Origin: Promethearchaeota archaeon
Lineage (GTDB): Archaea; Asgardarchaeota; Lokiarchaeia; Sigyniarchaeales; SOKP01
DNA length: 64,000 nt
Assembly (NCBI GenBank): GCA_016839745.1
Contig: JAEOTS010000116.1
Span: forward strand, 1 to 64,000
Direction: 5' to 3'
Positions 20,446 through 31,306 of this stretch are shown here, one piece after another. The notes under the pieces were generated by a model that did no database searches, was not told the origin of the DNA, and saw only the letters and a program-made list of their open reading frames with translations. Made by a program: the position numbers and the translations under genes. Numbering within the stretch: the first letter of the stretch is position 1; the number at the start of each line of letters is the position of its first letter.

Positions 20446-21801
20446 TTATTTGAACATTTCCATAAATGCGCCTAATCTAGTTTTTACTTGATCGATTGAT
20501 TCTCCGATTTTATTAAATGTAATAGCAGTTGTAGGTATTTCTAATTCTCTCCTTACTTTTTCCCTTAGCATCGTGTAGCAATTTGAAATAGAATGACACC
20601 CAAATAATTGGAAAAAGACCAATCCATCGGCATTTAAATCTTTTGCCATTCTCAGATAAGATTCCGTTAATTTATCGTTATCACAACCAATTCCTGTTTC
20701 TGTAGCGTTCATGAGGAAGTGAGCATATTCTTCTGCGGGGTTTGAATGATTCGATGTGGGGATTTCTTCTAATAATTTTAACAATTCCCAATCAGCATAT
20801 AAAGCTCTTCCACCTAATTCATAGAGAATTTCGTGGCTTTTTGGTTCCCACCCTCCGAACATTGGTGTTACAAATATTCGTGGTCTATCGGATACATCCA
20901 TCCCAATTCCTTTTCTGATCCTTTCTCTCATTTCCTTTTCAAGCGATACCATATTGTCTCTATATCTGGTTGCGTTTGAGTTATAATCTTGAAAAGTAAT
21001 GCTTAAAAGTGCCATAATCTCGCTAAATGTTGCTGGATTGCAAGGGTAAAAATCGGAAGCGCTAATATCATATATTATATTTTTGTATGCTCTTTTTACT
21101 TGGTTACCAATTTTGAAATGATCTCTTAACTGATTATCCGTAATCGTATTACCTGTTAAATTCTCAAAATCTTTAATCGCGTCTGAAATATTATCAGTTA
21201 GTAATTCTATAGAATTTCCTATGTTTCTAGGAGGAATATCGATCCATATTTGTTTAGGCCCCTGGTTAATTGCTTTCAGTGATTCTAAATATTTATTGTA
21301 AGCACTACAACGAATTGTAACGTTAAGGCAAGCATCTACATTGCTACCTTTTGAGATGTGCATACCAACTAAACTTTTTAATCCATAACAAAAATCAGTT
21401 GAAATTCCACTCTCAATTCCAATATCATACATTTCATTGTACTTTTTATTTATAACATCAATTACCTCTTCGATAATGTTATCTACTATTTTACTGACGT
21501 CTTCAATTCCAAGATTCCTAATAAAACCGAGAAAATTTGATACTGAATCCCAACCAAAGATACTTGAAGCCGAACCTAAATATGTAAGATATTTATTTAT
21601 CTCAAATTGATGCATTCTTATTGGAAAAACAGGGATTGTGCCTGCCGCAAAAGCTAAATCCGAAAACGGTAAGGTAACCGCTACTAATTTCTCTTTTTCC
21701 CGAAATTTTTTCCTTTTCAAATAATTACGACCTGCCAGCAGGTTGTAAGCGATACGTAACACACTACTGAATTGTATAATCTCGTCTGCAATTAAACTCA
21801 T
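20446..21801 (-). CDS. 2-hydroxyacyl-CoA dehydratase subunit (HgdA/B family)
   Basis: DFCYG, IRCS, ADGLVF..FGCH..EIPT..VKTRLGAFMEM C-terminus typical of the HGD-D family. Confidence 0.85.
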   Translation of the reverse strand: MSLIADEIIQFSSVLRIAYNLLAGRNYLKRKKFREKEKLVAVTLPFSDLAFAAGTIPVFPIRMHQFEINKYLTYLGSASSIFGWDSVSNFLGFIRNLGIEDVSKIVDNIIEEVIDVINKKYNEMYDIGIESGISTDFCYGLKSLVGMHISKGSNVDACLNVTIRCSAYNKYLESLKAINQGPKQIWIDIPPRNIGNSIELLTDNISDAIKDFENLTGNTITDNQLRDHFKIGNQVKRAYKNIIYDISASDFYPCNPATFSEIMALLSITFQDYNSNATRYRDNMVSLEKEMRERIRKGIGMDVSDRPRIFVTPMFGGWEPKSHEILYELGGRALYADWELLKLLEEIPTSNHSNPAEEYAHFLMNATETGIGCDNDKLTESYLRMAKDLNADGLVFFQLFGCHSISNCYTMLREKVRRELEIPTTAITFNKIGESIDQVKTRLGAFMEMFK

Positions 21802-22943
21802 TTCATCATCTCTAAATATGCTTCAATTCTTGTTGATAATTGACCTCTATTTGCTCGAGAATAATCTCTTTCTAAATTTAGAACTTGTATTCCTTTTTCC
21901 TGAAGTCGATCTTTTAAGAAAGACGACATTAAAGAGATATGGTCACAAAATTTTATGATGTGGTTGATTACACCTAATTTTTTACCTTTTGTCTTTGAAT
22001 AATCTTGGTAATAATTCTCGATTTGAGATATTTTGTGTTCGAGAAAATTAGGTACTGAATGGTCGCCATATACATTATTCTTAAACTTCAAAACTAGTAA
22101 ATCTAAAGGATCTTTTTCCATATTTATACTATTATCGTTTATAATTTGGGAATAATAATGATTCCCAATCCAAGTATCGAAAAAAACTATGTTTCCTCCT
22201 CCTTCCTCGATTAAATCTACCATATTATCGTTAATAAAGATCGAGCAACCAGTAAATAAAATATCTTTAGATGTCTCTGATATAGGGGATGGATTTTCTT
22301 TAACATATTGAACAAATTTATCTAAATCGGGTTGAAACTCTGGACCATAAAGCATCGCTCTATGTATAACTTTTAATTTTTCTGATCCTAAAATCTCTAA
22401 CTCATTAACTTCTAATAAGACTTTTTTAAATTGATTATACTTATTTATACTCTCAAGTAATCTCTCGTTAGTTATTTCAGCTCCTATAATACCTTCAAGT
22501 TTGTTCTTTAAGTCTAATAATTCTAATTTAAAATATTTCAGACTGCTTTCATTTTTCGTATAAGGAACATAAAAGTTCAATCGAGAGATGTTAAAATATC
22601 TGGAAATAATTTCTGACACACAGACATCTGAAACGCAGTGATTAGAAACTATAAAATAATCTACTAATTCCAAGAATTTAAAAAGATTAGGTTTTGTTGA
22701 AAACAATCCTATACAGGACTGAGCGAAAGCACAGGTAGATGGAGGTAAATAATCATGGCTCGCGTCCATCAAATCGTCATTCCCTCCAAATATCATCCTT
22801 AAAGGAAAGAATCCAGCAGCATCAAGCAATTCTTCGGGGATATTATCGTGAGCTAAGTAAGCAACAATTTTATACCCTTCTGATTTTTTTTCCTTAAGAA
22901 ATAGAGAAAAATCAGATAATAAACTTAAATCATCCATAATCAA
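21798..22943 (-). CDS. 2-hydroxyacyl-CoA dehydratase subunit (HgdB/BcrC-like)
   Basis: IPEELLDAAGFFP, STCAF, NHC, KFCD, LERDY..GQLSTRIEAYLEM; ATGA overlap with the next gene. Confidence 0.88.
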   Translation of the reverse strand: MIMDDLSLLSDFSLFLKEKKSEGYKIVAYLAHDNIPEELLDAAGFFPLRMIFGGNDDLMDASHDYLPPSTCAFAQSCIGLFSTKPNLFKFLELVDYFIVSNHCVSDVCVSEIISRYFNISRLNFYVPYTKNESSLKYFKLELLDLKNKLEGIIGAEITNERLLESINKYNQFKKVLLEVNELEILGSEKLKVIHRAMLYGPEFQPDLDKFVQYVKENPSPISETSKDILFTGCSIFINDNMVDLIEEGGGNIVFFDTWIGNHYYSQIINDNSINMEKDPLDLLVLKFKNNVYGDHSVPNFLEHKISQIENYYQDYSKTKGKKLGVINHIIKFCDHISLMSSFLKDRLQEKGIQVLNLERDYSRANRGQLSTRIEAYLEMMK

Positions 22944-23050
22944 AAATTCGGCAGTATAAATGTATTTATCAGAAAAACATTAATTCTTTTTAAAAGTTTA
23001 CCGACTTAAAATATAGATAATAATATTAATTTAAATAAGATTTATTAGTT

Positions 23051-23830
23051 TTAATTAGAATTGTTTTCTTGGGCTATTAATGCGGCACCAATAGCTCCTG
23101 TTAATTGAGGAAACTCGGGTGTTTCAATTTCATAGCTAAGTTCTTCTTCTAAATATTTTTTCACTGCAGGATTTTTCGCGACTCCACCACAAAATACTAA
23201 TTTGGGGCCAACTCCAATGCGTTTTGCCATTCCAGCAACCCTTCTCGCGATTGATCTATGGATTCCGCTAGCTATTTCTTCTTTAGAAGCGCCTCTTGCA
23301 AACAAGCTAATTACTTCACTTTCCGCAAAAACTGTGCATGTCGAACTAATTGAAGCAGATTTGTTAGATCTTAAAGCTAAATTTCCAAATTGATCAATAG
23401 GAACCTCTAAAGCATGAGCCATGACTTCTAAGAACCTACCTGTCCCTGCTGCGCATTTATCATTCATTTGAAAGTCAACGACATTTCCCGTTTTCTTAGA
23501 TATTACAATTGCTTTACTATCCTGGCCACCAATATCAATAACCGAGTGGACATCTGGAAAAAAATATTGCGTACCTTTTGCATGGGCAGTAATTTCGGTT
23601 ACACGGTCATCTGCTATGTCTATTGTGTTCCTTCCGTAACCAGTACTCATCAAAAACACTTCATCTTTGTTTAAATTATTCTTTTTTAATAGATCATCGA
23701 ACAAATTGTGCCCTATCCTTTTGAAATCATATGTGGATCTTTCCGTTCGGTAATCAATTAATTTTCCTTCACTTATAAGTGCAATCTTTGTTGCTAAAGA
23801 TCCAATATCAATCCCTATGAAAGTTTTCAA
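23051..23830 (-). CDS. hgdC: ATP-dependent dehydratase activator (ASKHA; HgdC/BadF family)
   Basis: GIDIGS..TK, TGYGR, EITAHAKG, DIGGQDSK, MNDKCAAGTGRFLE, STCTVFAESE, GGVAKN. Confidence 0.93.
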   Translation of the reverse strand: MKTFIGIDIGSLATKIALISEGKLIDYRTERSTYDFKRIGHNLFDDLLKKNNLNKDEVFLMSTGYGRNTIDIADDRVTEITAHAKGTQYFFPDVHSVIDIGGQDSKAIVISKKTGNVVDFQMNDKCAAGTGRFLEVMAHALEVPIDQFGNLALRSNKSASISSTCTVFAESEVISLFARGASKEEIASGIHRSIARRVAGMAKRIGVGPKLVFCGGVAKNPAVKKYLEEELSYEIETPEFPQLTGAIGAALIAQENNSN

Positions 23831-23914
23831 TTTAAATCAGTCAAATAAATTAAGTTTTTGTAAAGAAATTATTTTAAAAATTTTAATTTTTCGATAATAA
23901 TTTTAAATTTTATC

Positions 23915-24634
23915 CTAGTTTAACAATAAAATGGATATTACCATAGTTATCCCAAAAGCAGCCAACATTTGAAGGATGTTTTTTAATATCGATTCTTGCG
24001 AAATAAAGCCTACAAAACTACCAAGCAGAACAATAAAAACAAAGATAACTAAAAAGGAATAGATAAATGTTTCAACATTCGCTTTTTCTGTTAAAAAGAA
24101 AGGTATAAGAGGAATTGTCCCTCCTAAAAAAGGAGCACCACCATTTACAAGTGAAACAACTATGGATGCGAATCTTTCTGCTTTCTCCTGTATAGTTTTT
24201 ACTCTTTCCTTCTTAATTCTTGGATTCTTTATACCTCTTTTTTTTTTCTCATTTTTACGATTTAGATTTACTGTTATCATAGCTTTCTCGATTTCTTCAT
24301 TTTCCATTTTGATATCTTCCTCATTTTTTTGTTCCTCCTCTACGAGAACCATTGCTTTGTCTAACTCTAATTTCAGTTTTTTTTGCTCTGCTTTTTCTGA
24401 AATATATGACCCACTCAACCCAGATACTAACATTGAAATAGAAGTAGCAAGACCAGTCAATAAAACAAGATAACTATCTATGGTTAATTGACTTCCTCTT
24501 AATATAGATATAAAAAAACCAAGAATAATACCTAATACAGTCAACATTCCGTCGTAAAAGTTATTTACAAAATAACGACGGGCAATTGAAAAAAAATCGG
24601 TAATATCGGCGTACGTTCTAACTTTTTCAATCAT
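23915..24634 (-). CDS. VIT1/CCC1-like (TIGR00267-type) membrane protein
   Basis: ARRYFVNNFYDG, SGLSGSYISEKAE, GGAPFLG..PLIPF; five TM segments. Confidence 0.8.
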   Translation of the reverse strand: MIEKVRTYADITDFFSIARRYFVNNFYDGMLTVLGIILGFFISILRGSQLTIDSYLVLLTGLATSISMLVSGLSGSYISEKAEQKKLKLELDKAMVLVEEEQKNEEDIKMENEEIEKAMITVNLNRKNEKKKRGIKNPRIKKERVKTIQEKAERFASIVVSLVNGGAPFLGGTIPLIPFFLTEKANVETFIYSFLVIFVFIVLLGSFVGFISQESILKNILQMLAAFGITMVISILLLN

Positions 24635-24808
24635 TTTATATTATCTTTACTGGGATTACGATACGTTTTAATGATCTTTATTATCCTAAATTTGTTTGTT
24701 CTAAAAATTAATCTGAGATTCTAATAGCTCTTTATTCCTATTTGGTTATTATCACTTATATAAATAATGTTTGAAAACTAATGAAATAAATTTTAATTTA
24801 AATTTAAA

Positions 24809-25606
24809 TTAAGGAGAGATTGCTAACTCAAGCAGCAGGGAAACGATTAAAGTAGTGATACCCGCTGTAACAAGGTGTAAAGTATATTTTAAACGCCCTC
24901 CATCAGAAATTTTTCCGAGGAAGATCCCTAAATAAACTAATATACCGACCAATACGGCGTAAGAAACGATAAAATGAAACAACGATAAATCTGTACCAAA
25001 GAAAAATGGCAATAGCGGGAGAATTGATCCTAAAACAGGAGCACCTCCGTCGACTAAAGATGCAACTATGGTTGCAAATCTTTCTGATTGCTCGATTAAT
25101 GATTTTTCCTCATTTTTTTTTATCTTAAGAATGGATTTACTAGACTTATGAGTTTGTTCCATATTAATTGGAGTTATCATCGCTTTTTGAATCGCGATCT
25201 TCTCTAACTTCAACTTTTCTTCAAACTCTTTTCTACGAATCTCCTTATCTTTATTCTGAAGTTCTTCCTCAATAATTACCATTTCTTTCTTTAAATCCAT
25301 TATCTTTTTCTTTCGCTCAGCTTCTTCGGAGAGAAATGCGCCCCATAAACCACTTATGCCAATTGCTAAAGCTGTAGATAACCCTGTTATTACTATAACA
25401 GTTGAACTTAAAATTTGACTTGTATTTGATAGGAAATTTGGTAGGAATATTATAAAGCTTCCGCTCACTATACCCGCACAAGTTAAGGCTCCGTCAAAGG
25501 CGTTGTTAAAAAATTTTCGTCGTGCGATAATCCCTAAATTAGACATTTCAGAATATTTACGCCATCTAGCTACTTTAGCCTTTAATCCCATTTTAGGTAA
25601 ATACAC
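24809..25606 (-). CDS. VIT1/CCC1-like (TIGR00267-type) membrane protein
   Basis: ARRKFFNNAFDG, SGLWGAFLSEEAE, DGGAPVLG..PLLPF; tandem paralog of the neighbouring gene. Confidence 0.8.
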   Translation of the reverse strand: MYLPKMGLKAKVARWRKYSEMSNLGIIARRKFFNNAFDGALTCAGIVSGSFIIFLPNFLSNTSQILSSTVIVITGLSTALAIGISGLWGAFLSEEAERKKKIMDLKKEMVIIEEELQNKDKEIRRKEFEEKLKLEKIAIQKAMITPINMEQTHKSSKSILKIKKNEEKSLIEQSERFATIVASLVDGGAPVLGSILPLLPFFFGTDLSLFHFIVSYAVLVGILVYLGIFLGKISDGGRLKYTLHLVTAGITTLIVSLLLELAISP

Positions 25607-25782
25607 CCTTATTAACGAATTCTATAAATTTTAGATTTAAATAGATATGATTTAAAATCTATTATAATTCTTATAAATAATAGAAACTATTAATCTTTTT
25701 TACTTAAATTTACTTAAAAACTGATGATTTTTATTTATTTATTCATATTATAATCATAGAATATTTAAAATTTAGTGATTCT

Positions 25783-26427
25783 ATGTCATCCAATAGAAAG
25801 GTAAAAGAAGAAATAATTACGCTTCTCATAGAGCATTCTAGAATAATTTATAGTGTAACTAGTGATATGGGAGTATATTACTCCGCTTGGGCAGAAGATT
25901 TTGAATCTAATAAAAAAAATCTAGAGAAGAAAAAGAGTAAAATGCAACTATCTGAAGAAGAAGCTGACGAGTTAAAAATTCGGTTAATACAAAACTTTTC
26001 AGAAGCAGAAGCCTTTAATCTTGGGGCCTATGTAAATTTAGTGTTGAAAATGGATAACATCATTAATTATCCTCTTGAATTTGTTGATATGCTGACTAAA
26101 ATTAATATTGAAGGAAAGATTGCAAAACAAATTAAAAAGAAATATCATAAGTTATTAAACCAGGTTATGGAAATGGTTGATATTTTAAAAACTGCTATAA
26201 AAAACTTAAGAGACCAACCAGATATGGTTTTTGGAAATACTACAACAATTCATGAACTTGAATCCGAGATCGACAAAACTTACAGGCAATTTCTTGAGTT
26301 CATATACTCTAATATTGAAGACATCAGAACACTATTGAGAATTAGAGATAGTATAGTTCTTTTAGAACAGATGGCAGATCGAGTTCACGATGTTGCTGAT
26401 TTAATGAGAGTGTTATTATACCAATAA
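25783..26427 (+). CDS. DUF47 / PhoU-like phosphate-transport regulator
   Basis: Two helical repeats with EEEAD and HELESEID motifs, and LEQMADRVHDVAD. Confidence 0.8.
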   Translation: MSSNRKVKEEIITLLIEHSRIIYSVTSDMGVYYSAWAEDFESNKKNLEKKKSKMQLSEEEADELKIRLIQNFSEAEAFNLGAYVNLVLKMDNIINYPLEFVDMLTKINIEGKIAKQIKKKYHKLLNQVMEMVDILKTAIKNLRDQPDMVFGNTTTIHELESEIDKTYRQFLEFIYSNIEDIRTLLRIRDSIVLLEQMADRVHDVADLMRVLLYQ

Positions 26428-26582
26428 ACATAAAATTCCTATAAATCAGATTCTTTATTATTCTTGAACCAACTTATTGATTTTTAGGCAAATTTCGATT
26501 TTATAGGAAAAAGTAGAAAAATTTATACACCTACTTTTACTATTCTATTTTAAAATAATATTTATAAAAACAAGTAAAAGTT

Positions 26583-26954
26583 GTGAATTCTATGAATGGA
26601 AAGAAGAAATTTTATATTTTACTCGGATTTTTCCAATTAGTATTGGTAGCTATTGTATTCCTAAGCGTAGATGGCGTTATAACGATGGTAGCGGCACAAA
26701 CAGAGAGTTTTGATTATTATAATTCTCCAACAGCGGCAATTTTGGCAGTTTCCGCAGCAATATCTCTCGCTGCATCAGTATTAGGAAGTGCTATGGCTAT
26801 AAGAACAGTAGGTACAGCAGCTATATCGTCCTTATCCGAGAGAGAAGAAAGTTTTTTTAAGGCATTTTTAATCGTAGCATTATGCGAAGCTTTAGCCGTG
26901 TATGGTTTAATTGTAGCAATCCTATTCTGGACAAAAATACCTAATCCGATATAA
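26583..26954 (+). CDS. atpK: A/V-type ATP synthase proteolipid subunit K (c) with an N-terminal extra hydrophobic helix
   Basis: Hairpin ending FLIVALCEALAVYGLIVAIL with the ion-binding Glu; ATG at 26592 is an alternative start. Confidence 0.9.
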   Translation: MNSMNGKKKFYILLGFFQLVLVAIVFLSVDGVITMVAAQTESFDYYNSPTAAILAVSAAISLAASVLGSAMAIRTVGTAAISSLSEREESFFKAFLIVALCEALAVYGLIVAILFWTKIPNPI

Positions 26955-26995
26955 TTTCGTTTATTATTTAAATTCTATAGTTAGGTGATTTTTGC

Positions 26996-28051
26996 ACGAG
27001 TATAATTATTCCATCTTATGCGTATACATTTATCAAAATCGATTATTTAAAGAATTTAATTATTGATGATGATACTTTAAGAAGATTGAAAACTGTATAC
27101 GATATTGAAACTTTTATAGACATCATAAAACCTTTTTATCCGAATATAGAGATAAAGGAATATACTATAGAAGAAATTGAAGGAGTTTTAATCAATAATT
27201 ATATTCAACTAATTGGAAAAGTTCAACAGTTTTCTCCTCTTAACATGAGAAAGTTCTTAAAAAACTATCTGATGAAGTTCGAAATTCAAAATCTCAAACA
27301 AGTTATCATCAGTTTAATTATAGGGATGGGACAAGAGGAAAGGAGAAAAAATATTAACTTCTTAGTTGAGGTCTATTTAGATAACACAGAATTCATTGAA
27401 GATTTGCTTAAACTCACCACTTTAGATGAGATTCAAATATTTCTTAAAAAATCTTTATATAATATTCCTATTAGAGAAGGGATCCTTTACTTTAAGAAAA
27501 ATAAAGAAATTTTTGTCCTGGAGGCATTTTTAGATCAACTATATTTTAATCATCTCAGAGAGCAATTAAAGAATTTAAATAAAAAAGAAAAAATAATGAT
27601 CTCATTATTTGTGAAGTATAAAACTGAGATTTATAACTTAAATGTGATTTATAGAGGAATTAAAAATAAAATCGATAGAAAATTACTATCACAATTTTTA
27701 GTGAATGATTATTTATTTTTAAATGAAGATAAACTCAACCATTTGTTAAATCTTAATACTCCTGACGATTTTCTCTCAAATGTGGAGTTATATCTTAAGA
27801 ATATAACAAAAACAGAGCAGATTTTTATCACATTAAAAATTGACCCTAAGCATATAATTAGGTCAATAGAACAATTTTATATTACTTATTATTTCAAGAA
27901 ATTTAAAATTAAAATCGACGATATTAACTTTTTCACAATATCAAAAATTTTGGAAGTCTTAATAAAAAAGGAAAAAGAAATCAAGTTTGATATCCTACCA
28001 AGAGTTATTAAAATCATTCATAAGAAGTTTAGAGGATTAAAAAAGTTATAG
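26996..28051 (+). CDS. atpC: A/V-type ATP synthase subunit C
   Basis: Operon position; FEIQNLK, LEAFLDQLYF, EIYNLNVIYRGI. The open frame upstream of TTG 27086 encodes the expected PSYAY N-terminus and begins at ACG 26996. Confidence 0.85.
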   Translation, partial: TSIIIPSYAYTFIKIDYLKNLIIDDDTLRRLKTVYDIETFIDIIKPFYPNIEIKEYTIEEIEGVLINNYIQLIGKVQQFSPLNMRKFLKNYLMKFEIQNLKQVIISLIIGMGQEERRKNINFLVEVYLDNTEFIEDLLKLTTLDEIQIFLKKSLYNIPIREGILYFKKNKEIFVLEAFLDQLYFNHLREQLKNLNKKEKIMISLFVKYKTEIYNLNVIYRGIKNKIDRKLLSQFLVNDYLFLNEDKLNHLLNLNTPDDFLSNVELYLKNITKTEQIFITLKIDPKHIIRSIEQFYITYYFKKFKIKIDDINFFTISKILEVLIKKEKEIKFDILPRVIKIIHKKFRGLKKL

Positions 28052-28104
28052 ATATGAAATTAATCATTTAATAAATAAAAAATAGTAAATAAGGTGCTAG
28101 AATA

Positions 28105-28416
28105 ATGGAAATTTTTAAATGGGTTGAAGAAATCGAAAAAATTTATGATGATTTAATTGAGAAAGCTAAAAAAGAAAGTTTAGAAGATATCCGAAAAGCA
28201 AGGACTTCTCAAGAAAAAGAAATGGAAAATACAATTTATAAAAATCAAGAAATTATTAACGAGGCGCTAGCTAAAGTTTCCAAAGAGGTTAGTGAGAATT
28301 CTGAAAATTTTGAAGAATTATTAAAGAATTTATGTAATAAGATTGAAAAATATTACCAAGAAAATAAAGAAGGATTATCAAGTATACTATTTGAAAAATT
28401 AGGTTTTGATTTTTAA
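28105..28416 (+). CDS. atpH: A/V-type ATP synthase peripheral-stalk subunit H/G
   Basis: 103-aa charged coiled-coil (IEKAKKE..I..AR) inside the operon. Confidence 0.7.
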   Translation: MEIFKWVEEIEKIYDDLIEKAKKESLEDIRKARTSQEKEMENTIYKNQEIINEALAKVSKEVSENSENFEELLKNLCNKIEKYYQENKEGLSSILFEKLGFDF

Positions 28417-28733
28417 TGCCGGATGCAAAAATACATGTCATTGGTTACGACGAGATAGTCTCCTTGCTTGGTCTTCTAGGTATCGAAGGGACTATAGCCA
28501 ATAATAAAGAAGAATTTATCAAAAAATTCGAGAATTTGATAAAAAGACCATCAATTGTAATGATAATTATAAATATGGAGTTGCCAGACGATACTTTTGA
28601 ATATATTATGGATTTTAAGATTAATAATAGGATTCCTTTTATATATCTTTTACCCGATATCTTTCAACCAGATATTAGAAATCACGATAAATTATTTGAT
28701 AGGATTCATGAATTAATAGATGAAATTATTTAA
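28416..28733 (+). CDS. atpF: A/V-type ATP synthase subunit F
   Basis: KIHVIG..V..L.LLGIEG, P.I..LPD; TAATG coupling to the upstream gene. Confidence 0.85.
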   Translation: MPDAKIHVIGYDEIVSLLGLLGIEGTIANNKEEFIKKFENLIKRPSIVMIIINMELPDDTFEYIMDFKINNRIPFIYLLPDIFQPDIRNHDKLFDRIHELIDEII

Positions 28734-28749
28734 TTGAAGGTGATTAGCC

Positions 28750-29472
28750 ATTAGTGAAGGACAAGAAATTAAGGGAAGGTTTGGGAAATTAGGGTTGTAT
28801 TTAATAAGCCAAGCAGAAAATGATATAAAGACCATTAATCAACAAACTCTCTTTCAAATAGCAGAAGCTAAGAAGAAAAACAAGGAGAGAACTAGAGAAA
28901 GTTCTTTAAAGATGAAAGCGCACTTTAATGAAACCTTTAACAAATTATTAAATAGCTCTCTATCTTCAACTCTTTTAAAAATTAAAGAAGAAGTATTGAA
29001 ATCTAAAAATAAGTTAATGTTAGAGCTTATTTCTGACTTAACAGATTTAATAAACAATAAAATAAAAAACAACTATCCAAATTACACTAAGTTTATACTA
29101 ACAATTCTTAAAAATATTAAATATATTGTTGATAAGCCACCAGAGATTATTATTACATTAAATTCAAGAGATTACGACTTTTTTAGCAATAATAATGAAC
29201 AAATAGAAGAAATTTTTAAGAATAAAGTCAAGCTAAAGAAATCGGAGAAAAAATTCACAGGTGGTTTTATTTGCGTTGTATTGTCAGGAAATATTTCATA
29301 TAATTATACGATTGAAAATCAGTTAAAAAAAAACACTTCAATTATAGAAATTGAGTTTTCAAAGATTTTTTCAGATTCAGAATCAGATATTAAAAAGCTT
29401 GAAAACGATTATGTTCAATTTATACAAAATCAAAAGTTAGCTGTAGATAATTACTTAAAGGATTATGAATGA
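28750..29472 (+). CDS. atpE: A/V-type ATP synthase subunit E
   Basis: N-terminal coiled coil and C-terminal GGFI..GNISYNYTIE; frame open upstream of TTG 28795 to ATT 28750. Confidence 0.85.
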   Translation: MSEGQEIKGRFGKLGLYLISQAENDIKTINQQTLFQIAEAKKKNKERTRESSLKMKAHFNETFNKLLNSSLSSTLLKIKEEVLKSKNKLMLELISDLTDLINNKIKNNYPNYTKFILTILKNIKYIVDKPPEIIITLNSRDYDFFSNNNEQIEEIFKNKVKLKKSEKKFTGGFICVVLSGNISYNYTIENQLKKNTSIIEIEFSKIFSDSESDIKKLENDYVQFIQNQKLAVDNYLKDYE

Positions 29473-31306
29473 AACTAAAGAAGAGATTAAATCCGGATAC
29501 ATTTCATCCATAAATGGAACCTTAATAGAGATTAAGGGCTTAGAGGACCAAGTTCGACTTCATGATTTAGTAAGAGAATCTAAGCATAAAATTTTAGGTG
29601 AAGTAATCCAAATTTATTCTGATCATGTGATTGCAAAAGTGTTTGAAAACACTTTTAATCTAAAACTAAATGAAGAAGTACTAAGTTTACAAGAACCCCT
29701 ATCAATGGAATTAGGTCCGGGATTATTAGGTAAAATTTTTGATGGAATTCAGAGACCACTCGAAGCAACTTTTTTAAAGTCTGGAGGGGGTGGTTTTTTA
29801 GAGAGAGGTGCAGATATTCCTTCCTTATCAAGGAAGAAAAATTGGTCTTTTAAGCCATTACGGAAGATTGATGATTTTGTAAGCACGGGTTATGTTATAG
29901 GAGTTGTTCAAGAAACTCAACTTATAGAACACAAAATAATAGTACCAGTAGGAGTTTTTGGAAAAATAACTTATATAGCAGAGGAAGGGGAATATACTGT
30001 AATTGATGAAATTTATCGCCTAAAAAGAGGATCAAAAGAAAAATCCTTTAATATGATTCAGAAATGGCCAATTACTAAACATAGACCTTATAAGGAACGA
30101 GATTATCCTCAAGAACCGCTAGTAACAGGAATGAGAGTGATTGATTTATTATTTCCAATAGTAAAAGGAGGCACGGTAGCCGTTCCTGGTGGTTTTGGAA
30201 CTGGTAAAACAGTTATTCAACAATCTCTAGCAAAATGGTGTAATGCCGACGTCGTCGTTTATATAGGCTGTGGGGAGCGAGGAAACGAGATAGCAGATGT
30301 TTTAAAACAATTCTCTGAAATCACTGATCCTAAGACTGGTCATTCGTTACTAGAACGAATTGTTATCATTGCGAACACTTCAAATATGCCTGTTTCCGCT
30401 CGAGAAGCGAGTATTTTTTCTGGAGTTACTATTGGAGAGTATTACAGAGATATGGGTTATGATGTTGCCGTTTTAGCTGATAGCACTTCAAGGTGGGCAG
30501 AATCTCTGAGAGAAATCTCGGGGTTATTAGAAGAAATGCCCGCTGAAGAAGGATATCCGGCCTATTTACCTTCAAAAATTTCTAGTTTTTATGAAAGAGC
30601 CGGAATTGTTAATCTTTATGGGGATGAAGATTTAGGAAAAGAGAATTATGGTTCTTTAACTATTATCGGTTCAGTATCACCTCCTTCAGGAGATTTCAGT
30701 GAACCCGTAACTTCAACAACTAAGCGTTTTGTTCAAGCATTTTGGGCATTAGACGCAAATTTAGCTTACTCCAAGCACTACCCTGCAATAAATTGGCTAA
30801 ACTCGTACTCAAAATATCCTGAATCCATTTCTGATTGGTGGTATGAAAGAGATATTTATTGGCCTGAGATAGATATAGATTGGTATGAGTGTCGAAAACA
30901 AATAAATTACATTCTATCTCAAGAGAATGAACTAAAAAATATTGTCCAATTAGTTGGGGAAGAAAATTTACCTGAAAATCAACAATTTATCCTCTTTATT
31001 GCTAGAATAACGAGAAATAGCTTTTTAATTCAAAATGCATTTGATTCGATTGACTGCTTTACAGGGATTAAAAAATTAATTGGGTTCGTGAAACTTATTT
31101 TATTATTGTTTAACGAAGGTAAGCAATTAATAAATCAAGGATTTTTGATCGAAGAAATCAAGGAACTTAAAGTTGTAAATGATATCCTTAGAATTGGTCG
31201 ATCAGTTCCTAACGATGATTTTAAAAGATTAGAAAAATTAAGAACTAAACTGATTAATGAAATAGAAACTTTAAAGTTATTACATGGTGTTTTTAAGAAG
31301 AAATGA
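29465..31306 (+). CDS. atpA: A/V-type ATP synthase catalytic subunit A
   Basis: [14 protein letters not shown]-loop [39 protein letters not shown]. Confidence 0.96.
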   Translation: MNETKEEIKSGYISSINGTLIEIKGLEDQVRLHDLVRESKHKILGEVIQIYSDHVIAKVFENTFNLKLNEEVLSLQEPLSMELGPGLLGKIFDGIQRPLEATFLKSGGGGFLERGADIPSLSRKKNWSFKPLRKIDDFVSTGYVIGVVQETQLIEHKIIVPVGVFGKITYIAEEGEYTVIDEIYRLKRGSKEKSFNMIQKWPITKHRPYKERDYPQEPLVTGMRVIDLLFPIVKGGTVAVPGGFGTGKTVIQQSLAKWCNADVVVYIGCGERGNEIADVLKQFSEITDPKTGHSLLERIVIIANTSNMPVSAREASIFSGVTIGEYYRDMGYDVAVLADSTSRWAESLREISGLLEEMPAEEGYPAYLPSKISSFYERAGIVNLYGDEDLGKENYGSLTIIGSVSPPSGDFSEPVTSTTKRFVQAFWALDANLAYSKHYPAINWLNSYSKYPESISDWWYERDIYWPEIDIDWYECRKQINYILSQENELKNIVQLVGEENLPENQQFILFIARITRNSFLIQNAFDSIDCFTGIKKLIGFVKLILLLFNEGKQLINQGFLIEEIKELKVVNDILRIGRSVPNDDFKRLEKLRTKLINEIETLKLLHGVFKKK

